Below the pieces are notes generated by a model that made no database searches, was not told the DNA's origin, and saw nothing but the letters and a program-made list of their open reading frames with translations. From a virus (Duplodnaviria > Caudoviricetes): DNA of 54,158 nt. Position numbers and translations under genes: made by a program. Shown here in pieces: positions 46,684 to 54,158 of the stretch. Within the stretch, counting starts at the first letter, position 1; each line of letters starts with the position of its first letter. Location: positions 1 through 54,158 of the IMG/VR virus record IMGVR_UViG_3300037264_002906; one strand, given 5' to 3'.

Positions 46684-48486
46684 TTAGAGTTCGGTAACTG
46701 AAGCTTTACCATCAAACTGCGTAAACTCCAGAATGATTTGTTCTGCCGGTCGTGTCGGCCTCACTCCCACCCGATAATGCAGGATACCTGCATCAATCTG
46801 AGCTGGAGGGTTATTTGAATCGTCGCATTTGATGAAAAAGGCGTCATCAGCAGAACGACCAAATAGAGCCCGATTTTTCCACTGTTCGGTTAAGAACATT
46901 GTCCCCATTCTGATAAGTTGCGCCCACAGAATGTTATCGTTTGGTTCAAACACAGCGAATTGAAAGTTCTGTTTGAAAGAACTCTTCACAAAGTTCAAGA
47001 ACCGACGAGTCTGCAAGAAGATTAATTTCTTCTGGAAACTCAGCGTTCTCGCACCCCAAACAACCACACCCAGATTATTAAACACCCGAATACAGTTAAT
47101 TCCAACCGCATTCAAGGCATCTTGGTCTGAGTCAGTCACCTTCGTTTGAACTCCGATAGCATCTGCCAATGTGGAATCAACTCCAGCCGGCGATTTATGC
47201 ACCCCTCGATCCATGTCCACTCTCGCGCAAACTCCGAGAACAGCTCCAGCAGGGGGAATGTATTTCACCGGATTAGAGCCAGTACCGAAATAATCCGAAA
47301 CAAGAATCCACGGATAATAGAGCGCACCATAACTCTTATCACCCAATAGAGCCCGTTCTGTCTGAGACCCACCAATGGTCGTATTCGCGGCTAATTCCGC
47401 GAAGTAGGTGCAATCCCCACGATTCGAGCAATAATTAATTCCGGCCAAATTAACAGCTTCCGAAGTCCCGGGAACACCAGGAGAACAGACATTCATATTG
47501 GCTTCAATCGCGGTTAATTTATTGAACGAGTTGGTAAAGTCGGAATCAATAACAGTCGATCCAGCAGTTCCAGAAGCAAGGTTCGTAGCGACTTGAACGG
47601 TAGGCCGATTATTCGGAGCAGCAGTCACGCTCAAGAGATCGGTCAAGGTGACATAATTCGACACCCCATTAACAATCCCAATCGCGTAATTTCCATCCGA
47701 GCTAACCATCGACAATTCCGTAAATTGCTCAACAGCTTGTCCGTTCAAGAGAACAGTCAAGTTGAAGCGATTCACAGAATCAAGCGTCCCATTTGCAATC
47801 GTCACCTGAAGTCCACCAGTCGCGCCATTTCCCCATGTCCCAGGAGAAATCGCATCAACCTGCAGAGTTGGAATCCCAGCATTCACTCCACCCAACAAGT
47901 TCGTCGCAGCAACAGGAGCAGTCTGAGGATTCGAAGCCACACCCGAGATGGTCACATTGACCAAAGCAGCTGCAGCTGGGAAACCATCCACAGCAGCCTT
48001 TACTTGAGTCGCAGTAGAGACACCAGTCTCAATCTGGACAGTAATTGCATTCGCCAACACAGACACCACTTCCGCACCAGCAGTCGCGCCAGTCGTGTAT
48101 TCAATGGTGATGGCATTTCCGCCAGTACCCACTGAGTCAGCGGTATAGGTCAAGTCTTGGATAATCTTAGAAGCAGCAACACCACTCGAACGGTCATTCA
48201 GGACAACTGTCGAAACAACAGGTGGGGTAACTGAGCTAACAACTCGAGCCACATACAGATTCTTTCCGCCATTATCGAAGAAACTCTTGGCAGCATAAGC
48301 TCCATATTTTCCTGACAATGCATTTCCATATTTCGTTAGGAAATCTTGAAAATTGGTCACAAGGACCGCATTAACAATATCTCCCCTTTCAGCTTCCATT
48401 AACATCGCGCCGGTTGATGTCGAAACTCCGACAATACCAGCGGGAGGTGCAGAAAGCTCTTGTACAAATATCCCTGGTCTAGTCAT
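46684..48486 (-). CDS. tail sheath protein
   Basis: PGIFVQE, YYPWI, GVHKSPAG, GINCIR, WGARTL, VFEPND. Confidence 0.96.
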   Translation of the reverse strand: MTRPGIFVQELSAPPAGIVGVSTSTGAMLMEAERGDIVNAVLVTNFQDFLTKYGNALSGKYGAYAAKSFFDNGGKNLYVARVVSSVTPPVVSTVVLNDRSSGVAASKIIQDLTYTADSVGTGGNAITIEYTTGATAGAEVVSVLANAITVQIETGVSTATQVKAAVDGFPAAAALVNVTISGVASNPQTAPVAATNLLGGVNAGIPTLQVDAISPGTWGNGATGGLQVTIANGTLDSVNRFNLTVLLNGQAVEQFTELSMVSSDGNYAIGIVNGVSNYVTLTDLLSVTAAPNNRPTVQVATNLASGTAGSTVIDSDFTNSFNKLTAIEANMNVCSPGVPGTSEAVNLAGINYCSNRGDCTYFAELAANTTIGGSQTERALLGDKSYGALYYPWILVSDYFGTGSNPVKYIPPAGAVLGVCARVDMDRGVHKSPAGVDSTLADAIGVQTKVTDSDQDALNAVGINCIRVFNNLGVVVWGARTLSFQKKLIFLQTRRFLNFVKSSFKQNFQFAVFEPNDNILWAQLIRMGTMFLTEQWKNRALFGRSADDAFFIKCDDSNNPPAQIDAGILHYRVGVRPTRPAEQIILEFTQFDGKASVTEL

Positions 48487-48549
48487 TTTGATGTACTCCT
48501 TTAATTAAATTTATATCGGTTGCAATGTCAGTTAATTCTGTTTCGAGTT

Positions 48550-49197
48550 CTATCGAGCGTCAATGTCTGTCAGTGTGGAATTCGCTACCCCGACATCTAT
48601 CCCGCCGGTTGGGCTCATTCCATCGACATCAATATTAATCCCCGTATAAACCAACTTCTGCGTCGTCAGTAACCCCTCGTCAAGCCATCCCAATACTCGA
48701 TATGTAAGAGCTTTTCGAAACATCCGATATTCGCCCATTGTGTCGAGGGACTGAAATCCTTCAAAATATGTTTCAAGTTTGTATTGTTGTGGACTCGTAA
48801 CTCCTTCCTCCGCTACAGGAATGAATCCTCTCGGTGGAAGTGTGCTATGAATCAGCTTTGTCAATTTCCTGTCATGTTCCGCGAAATATGTCGCAGTTGT
48901 AATCTGATACCTAAAATCAAACTTCACTGGTGCTGGCCTCTTCCTCATGTACGTCGGAGTTGGAGCTGTATCCATGTCACTATATTGCCAAATTTTATCC
49001 GATTCACGCTCTGGTTTGTGAACTATATCGAACAAATAAACTCCAATCGACGGAACAGGATATTGACCCTTCTTAAATTGTTCCTCAGGAGCTTGAATAA
49101 CGGCTAACACAGGATAAGTAATCCCTTCAATCGACACACTAATTTTATTTGTCAGTGCCGATTTCAGTGCTGTATCTATCGCATAAGAATAAGCCAT
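48550..49197 (-). CDS. tail terminator / sheath cap-like protein
   Basis: PSIGVYLFDI..FRYQI; directly upstream of the sheath gene. Confidence 0.65.
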   Translation of the reverse strand: MAYSYAIDTALKSALTNKISVSIEGITYPVLAVIQAPEEQFKKGQYPVPSIGVYLFDIVHKPERESDKIWQYSDMDTAPTPTYMRKRPAPVKFDFRYQITTATYFAEHDRKLTKLIHSTLPPRGFIPVAEEGVTSPQQYKLETYFEGFQSLDTMGEYRMFRKALTYRVLGWLDEGLLTTQKLVYTGINIDVDGMSPTGGIDVGVANSTLTDIDAR

Positions 49198-49601
49198 TAG
49201 AGCCCCATCTTATCGAGCTGAACACCAGCTTCAGAATCAATCTCTTTTTCAAATTGGTCCGTGAACCTTCTCCATACACCCATATAAGGAGCCCCATAAA
49301 CACCATACTCTGCATCTATTGAAAATTTTCCCACATCAAATCCGCGAATTTTTTTGTCTGTTGGAATTCCCACAGTGGTGTCATTATCGTCTTTCTCTAA
49401 ATTTATCGCTCCAGCATGTTCTCCGGTTGATATCTGCTTCAATGGAGGACGAACTGCATGAGTAACAATCTCTCCCCGAATGCCATTCAAAAATCGAATA
49501 GGCAAAACTCGTTGCATATTTTCCTGCATCTGCTTTGTGGCAGCAGGAGTTTTATTTATTGACCTCTGAGCTTCTTTCCATTGACCAGTTTTATAAATCA
49601 A
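49197..49601 (-). CDS. neck / tail completion protein
   Basis: Gene position; TGQW..EYG motif; TTG start inferred. Confidence 0.5.
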   Translation of the reverse strand: MIYKTGQWKEAQRSINKTPAATKQMQENMQRVLPIRFLNGIRGEIVTHAVRPPLKQISTGEHAGAINLEKDDNDTTVGIPTDKKIRGFDVGKFSIDAEYGVYGAPYMGVWRRFTDQFEKEIDSEAGVQLDKMGL

Positions 49602-50293
49602 GGCACAGTCCTCGGAGCTACTTCGCTCCATGTCTTCCCCGTGATGAGGGTATCAATCGCCACATCCTGCACAAAATCATTCTTAGCCACAGAATAAATT
49701 GAATATCGAATTCCTTGGAATAATATTCTGTCATCGGTATTGGGATAATTCGTGGGAAATGTATCCACCAAATCTTGTTGCGCACATTTCGCAATAAAAT
49801 CAACCTGATCTCTTATTCCCAATTCAAACAGTGTTTTAGGAGAGGGATTAATCGTCACAATCGCCAAAACAGAATAGGGCACATAAAGTTTATTGGTCTG
49901 TTCATCATAAGTAGAATCTTCCTGAATATCGTAGGTAACTCGGATGTTATTGGCGGGTGTTGTAGGAATGGCCACAGTAAGCGTTATAACCTGCCCTACG
50001 CGTGTGAAAGTGGTGTAAGGAGCCCAAGTAACCCCAGTCAATTTTTCAATGACCAGCGGCAATTTAACAGCTCTGGAGACAGTAATTATCTGGCCGGCTG
50101 TATTTGTCCCCGTAAATAAATCAACTTTCGTATTGGTGAATTTCTCAATGACAATTGGCGTAGATCGTTCATGCGCAACCTCACCATACAAATCCTTAAT
50201 ATCTTCAATCGTTCCTGGGTCCAATATAGATGGCTCCGGGGCGCATAAACCCTGCCGAGTAAGCGGATATTTATTACGCCCCAGATGAGCCAT
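49598..50293 (-). CDS. head closure-like protein with an inserted beta domain
   Basis: DDRILFQGIRYSI C-terminus; gene position. Confidence 0.6.
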   Translation of the reverse strand: MAHLGRNKYPLTRQGLCAPEPSILDPGTIEDIKDLYGEVAHERSTPIVIEKFTNTKVDLFTGTNTAGQIITVSRAVKLPLVIEKLTGVTWAPYTTFTRVGQVITLTVAIPTTPANNIRVTYDIQEDSTYDEQTNKLYVPYSVLAIVTINPSPKTLFELGIRDQVDFIAKCAQQDLVDTFPTNYPNTDDRILFQGIRYSIYSVAKNDFVQDVAIDTLITGKTWSEVAPRTVP

Positions 50294-50621
50294 AATTAAT
50301 CCCCTTAGGAGTCACCAATTTCTTTCTTAACGCATTCGAAACTTGTCCTGGTGCTGGCGTTCGTGGTGATCGTGCGCGATAAATCGGAGCCCCAGAAGAT
50401 GAGAAAGATAACCCCACCCCAGTTGTTCCTTTCGCTGATTCTCTCTCATGCCTCAAGTCTGCCACTCGTTCCCGTTTCATATTCTCAAGAACATTGTATT
50501 TAGAAGAGTCTCTCACAGCTCTTTGTCGGCGCGTAATATTGGATTTCATCAAAGCAGTCATTGACCACTTTGGCTTCAAACCAATTTGATGAAACCCACT
50601 ATGACGACTTGGAAATGCCAT
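50274..50621 (-). CDS. small basic protein
   Basis: N-terminus MAFPSRHSGF; TAATG coupling. Confidence 0.7.
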   Translation of the reverse strand: MAFPSRHSGFHQIGLKPKWSMTALMKSNITRRQRAVRDSSKYNVLENMKRERVADLRHERESAKGTTGVGLSFSSSGAPIYRARSPRTPAPGQVSNALRKKLVTPKGINYGSSGA

Positions 50622-50941
50622 TATTTCTTCCTCTTGAATCTTTTAACTGGAATCCCAGGCTTCACAGCTCTCGGAATGTTCGCCCATTTATGCTCATGAG
50701 GAGGGACAGTAAAATGCTCATGAGGACCGGAAGATATATGAGAATGAGGAATAAACTTCTGGGAACTCCCAGGCTTCTTAAAGATAGATTTCCCCAAAGC
50801 ATATGCTCCCAACCCCGATAAGCCAATATTGGCCACAGTTCCCGCAATATGAATGGCGCGATTAATTTTTCTCTGATGTTCAGCCTTCTTCGCTTCATTC
50901 GCGAATTCTGCGTGTCTTGCTGGATCATGCCATTCAGCCAT
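50621..50941 (-). CDS. small basic protein with a Gly-rich hydrophobic helix
   Basis: DPARHAEF; IAGTVANIGLSGLGAYALGK. Confidence 0.7.
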   Translation of the reverse strand: MAEWHDPARHAEFANEAKKAEHQRKINRAIHIAGTVANIGLSGLGAYALGKSIFKKPGSSQKFIPHSHISSGPHEHFTVPPHEHKWANIPRAVKPGIPVKRFKRKK

Positions 50942-50943
50942 AA

Positions 50944-51324
50944 TTATTCTCCGTCTTGAGCAGTATGTTTAATCGCGTCAGAATGAGGGACCTCAGCTCG
51001 GTCGATAACATTCACACCGCGCGTTTTATCACTCGGGAGAAGACCTTGACCGCGATAAGGAGACATCCCAGATTGAAACTCTTCCAATCTATAGGGCTTC
51101 TTCATATCCCACTCTTTGTCATTCTTGCGCATTTCTTTAATTTTATTGTCCACCACATTGAGGGGATTTCCCACAAGAGGCACATCTTTCTTTTTGGATT
51201 CAATCTCAGCTTTCAAAGCCTGATGTCTCCGAACCATATCAGGAACTTCAACTTGCTTATTCTCATCCTGATTGCTCAAAGAGTTATTATCTTTGACATT
51301 AATTGGTTGCTTGATATTTGGCAT
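50944..51324 (-). CDS. hydrophilic hypothetical protein
   Basis: SD GGGAGG. Confidence 0.7.
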   Translation of the reverse strand: MPNIKQPINVKDNNSLSNQDENKQVEVPDMVRRHQALKAEIESKKKDVPLVGNPLNVVDNKIKEMRKNDKEWDMKKPYRLEEFQSGMSPYRGQGLLPSDKTRGVNVIDRAEVPHSDAIKHTAQDGE

Positions 51325-51325
51325 G

Positions 51326-51631
51326 TTATTTTCCTCCCTTCACAAATTTCTTAGACCCTGGTTTTGATTTGCGTCCAGCAACATAACCAGCTCCTACTCC
51401 GACTGCTGCTCCAGCACTAAAGGATTTAGTCGCCAATTTTCGGTTGCTCATATATTTCCTCATCGTCAAAACAGTGCTTGGATTCTTCAATGGACTTGTA
51501 CCCATTCCGACAAATTTCGGATTTGGTTTAAGAGCCCGTTTGCTTATCTTCGAATACCATTTCCCCGTACTTCTCTGGGCTAATTTCTTTCCAGTCTTTT
51601 TAATCATGCGAGCTGTTTTTCCAAAATCCAT
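51326..51631 (-). CDS. small Lys-rich protein with a Gly-rich helix
   Basis: AGAAVGVGAGYVAGRK; SD AAGGAG. Confidence 0.7.
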   Translation of the reverse strand: MDFGKTARMIKKTGKKLAQRSTGKWYSKISKRALKPNPKFVGMGTSPLKNPSTVLTMRKYMSNRKLATKSFSAGAAVGVGAGYVAGRKSKPGSKKFVKGGK

Positions 51632-51663
51632 ATAATCTCCTTTACAGTACGGAAACAGTAGCC

Positions 51664-53046
51664 TTAAAGCACAGAATACGGAATGCTATAAGCACTATCT
51701 ACACCGTTGAAATTTTGTTTCATGCGAATTAAACTTCCCACTCCCAACCATCCAACCCCATAAACGAATCGAGCAGCTGGAACAGTTCCCGTCTGAAGAG
51801 AGACAGTCGAAATAACAGTATATCCTAGGTCCAATGGCCTCTTTATTTCCACTGTCAAGAATGAAGTCGGAACACCTGTTGCGATAATTACACCCTCGTC
51901 ATTGCGTATTGGAGCCAACAATGTCGGAGGGCCCAATGGGGGAAGTACCGCTGAAATCTCATTTGATAAAGATATCAGCATGTTCTTATTCACCACACCA
52001 ACCACCCAATAATAGGTTGCATTTTCGCGCAACAATAAATTCGTAGACCATTGAGAATAAAAGGGGTCAGGAGTTAATCTATTCTGATCCGTCCAATAAG
52101 TGACAGAATTTCGATAAAGCATTCTTATCGGAACAGTCACTCCACCCCATAATCCAGAAGCAAAATCTCCAGGGTCATCATAAAGTGCAATTCTTTTATT
52201 GTAGACATCTTCAATCACTCTCTTCTGCACATTCGGCGCAGTAGAGCGATAAACAATGTAATAATAAAAACCTGGGTCATATGATTGCGTCCACCTTAAT
52301 TCTGCGCTTCCCGCGCTCAAATTAAGAGCTGGCAGTAATTTGATGGGTTCAGGAGGTGTTGCAAAGATATAAGGAGTTCTTCGGCCAGTCGTAAAAGATT
52401 CGCGGGTCATATAAGACTCTTTGATAAACCCACTTCTCTCGGCATTTAATTGCCATTCATCTCTCTTCGTCGTATACCGTTCCATGTATTTATCATGGAC
52501 CTGCATATACTTCTCAACACGATTCGATTTATCAACCGTCATCCCGTCGATAGACAACAAGAAATATTTCGAGGAATCTTGCGCGAGAGTTAAAGCAATA
52601 TTCGCAATAGCAAGCCAAGTAATTAGCAACTCATCTTGCTCCGTCATCTCATTCCATTCTTTGAAACGATTATGAAGAATCTTGGCTTCGTTTAGGAAAT
52701 CAAGCATCTCCCAATCAGGAAAGCAATAAGGCAGGACATGATCGTTAATCTTTCGGCGGATTTTCCAAATTAAATCAATCGCAGAGGCATCAGTCGTCTC
52801 TCCCCTTCTCGGGTCAGTTTGAGCGATAACAGTCCCATCTGTCGCAACACTTTCAATTATGTACCAGTCGCTTTTTGATCCAGTTGCATCATAATACTGA
52901 ACAGTAAATACGCCGGCAGTTTGGGCAGGAGTTATTTCAGTAACTTGGGCATAAGTACCCGTTCTGTCTTGGCATTTCTTAATGCGAAATTTAACAACTT
53001 CATTTGCTGAAGTTCCCTGAGGCGCGTACCAATAAACTAGGTTCAT
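51664..53046 (-). CDS. head-tail adaptor-like protein with FN3 domains
   Basis: IRRKIND..FPDWEMLDFL core; ELRWTQS..YIVYRS and YYWVV FN3 motifs. Confidence 0.65.
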   Translation of the reverse strand: MNLVYWYAPQGTSANEVVKFRIKKCQDRTGTYAQVTEITPAQTAGVFTVQYYDATGSKSDWYIIESVATDGTVIAQTDPRRGETTDASAIDLIWKIRRKINDHVLPYCFPDWEMLDFLNEAKILHNRFKEWNEMTEQDELLITWLAIANIALTLAQDSSKYFLLSIDGMTVDKSNRVEKYMQVHDKYMERYTTKRDEWQLNAERSGFIKESYMTRESFTTGRRTPYIFATPPEPIKLLPALNLSAGSAELRWTQSYDPGFYYYIVYRSTAPNVQKRVIEDVYNKRIALYDDPGDFASGLWGGVTVPIRMLYRNSVTYWTDQNRLTPDPFYSQWSTNLLLRENATYYWVVGVVNKNMLISLSNEISAVLPPLGPPTLLAPIRNDEGVIIATGVPTSFLTVEIKRPLDLGYTVISTVSLQTGTVPAARFVYGVGWLGVGSLIRMKQNFNGVDSAYSIPYSVL

Positions 53047-53390
53047 TCGTCCCTCCTGGGTCGCAGTAAAGTATACGCAGCAAGACCCGCACCAGCTATT
53101 CCAAGAGCTTTTGGATGTTTCGCTAAGGTTGCTTCTATTTTGGGAATAAAACCAGGAGCTTTTTTAATCGTGGAAGGAGCTTTTTTAATTCCGGCACCAA
53201 TTTTCTTACCAGCCCACCCTATACCCTTCTTGACATCATGCACGAATTCACGAGTCTCTCCAAAGAATTTTCGTTTCGCAGGAGGAGCAGAAGCGGATGT
53301 GACAGCTTCTTTTGCTCCACTCGCCGCGTCATAAATTTTCTTCGCTTTATCTGCAATCGTCCTGAATCCTGAATGATGCGCTGGAAACAT
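53043..53390 (-). CDS. small basic protein with a C-terminal Gly/Ala helix
   Basis: MFPAHHSGF; ALGIAGAGLAAYTLLRPRR. Confidence 0.7.
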   Translation of the reverse strand: MFPAHHSGFRTIADKAKKIYDAASGAKEAVTSASAPPAKRKFFGETREFVHDVKKGIGWAGKKIGAGIKKAPSTIKKAPGFIPKIEATLAKHPKALGIAGAGLAAYTLLRPRRDE

Positions 53391-53647
53391 TAAACCACCT
53401 TTCCACGCTCCCTCAAATAATCTGCAACGTAATCTGGGAGCAATGTGATCTGCCCTTTTGTAACTGCATAAACATCTGGTCCAACTCTAAACATCCCGCT
53501 GTCGAGACCTTTAACTTGAACCCGCTTCACCTGAGGAGCTGCGTCCTCAACTACGACAGCAGTTTCCTCTTTCTTCTTCTCATTGAACTTCTTGAGCCCT
53601 TCTCTTAATTCGTGTTTCGGCGTCACAATTTCCGTTTCTTCTGCCAT
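53390..53647 (-). CDS. small protein following the capsid gene
   Basis: SD AAGGAG; VADYLRERGKV C-terminus. Confidence 0.7.
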   Translation of the reverse strand: MAEETEIVTPKHELREGLKKFNEKKKEETAVVVEDAAPQVKRVQVKGLDSGMFRVGPDVYAVTKGQITLLPDYVADYLRERGKVV

Positions 53648-53688
53648 ATCTATCTCCTTTGTCAATGTCAAATAACTGCACGGGTATC

Positions 53689-53727
53689 AGGGGTGAGAAG
53701 AACCTTAACAACGCTCTCCCCACCCCT
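53689..53727 (-). terminator. stem-loop after the putative capsid C-terminus
   Basis: AGGGGTGGGGAG..TTCTCACCCCT inverted repeat. Confidence 0.55.
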
Positions 53728-53743
53728 CAACCACGTTTAATTC

Positions 53744-53803
53744 TTAGGCGGATTCAAGACGGACGATATTAACGTCAGTCAAGCGGCCAGTACATCTATA
53801 CAT
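53744..53803 (-). CDS. probable C-terminal exon or fragment of the major capsid protein
   Basis: (MYRC)TGRLTDVNIVRLESA* resembles N4-gp56-family capsid C-termini; followed by a hairpin and neck genes. Confidence 0.55.
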   Translation of the reverse strand: MYRCTGRLTDVNIVRLESA

Positions 53804-54158
53804 TTGCGAGTCCTTTAGAGCGTAACAGCGGGCTAAATTTCTTAACCCGTTTCAATTTATTGCTCAATCGAACCATATCACTACGGTAAACATCCCAATC
53901 AGAAAGAAATGCGATTTCTGCAATATCTCTCCAGATCAAGAAATCCCTTTGCTTTTTAGACTGCAAGGGATACTTCTCAAAGTGAGAAATTATCTTTTTC
54001 CATTCTCTCGCTGTACTAAGTTCCAATCGAAATGCTTTGGAATAAGCATGAGAGCCATGATGACTGTAAATCCTTCCACAGCCAAAATAACTTCGAGCCT
54101 TAAGAAGCGTATTCAAGTCATCTCCACGAAGGGTAATTGTTAATCGTAGATTAACTCC
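53796..54158 (-). mobile_element. LAGLIDADG homing endonuclease, truncated by the window edge
   Basis: Frame open to the edge: LRGDD..YFGCGRI..IISHFEKYPLQSKKQRDFLIW. Confidence 0.88.

Noticed and set aside
53796-54158. Intein in the capsid protein
   Set aside because: The ORF ends in a stop codon with no His-Asn/Cys-Ser-Thr junction, and the downstream fragment is in another frame

Overview
This window is a 54 kb piece of a large tailed dsDNA phage with a contractile tail. Almost every gene is on the minus strand, with strong GGAGG Shine-Dalgarno (SD) sites and the standard genetic code. In transcription order (right to left) it holds: a LAGLIDADG homing endonuclease abutting a probable major-capsid C-terminus; neck genes mixed with small basic proteins; a tail module resembling extracellular contractile injection systems (sheath, tube, frameshifted chaperone, tape measure, LysM, hub, spike, gp25, baseplate J); a long tail fibre and two paralogous receptor-binding cassettes; a GH73 endolysin and holin; a structured non-coding region; and an early/replication region. 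That last region encodes an SNF2 helicase, cold-shock protein, DnaB, primase, SSB, family A polymerase, a CX5R phosphatase, RecA, a resolvase and a Cas4-like nuclease. The most notable candidates are: (i) two early-region proteins apparently built from major-capsid and terminase fragments, possibly decoys for immune sensors; (ii) two families of shared N-terminal motifs on unrelated late proteins, one of them an Endo VII nuclease, possibly virion-loading tags; (iii) an interrupted capsid gene; (iv) a long hairpin element. All family calls come from recognising motifs by eye, not from database searches.
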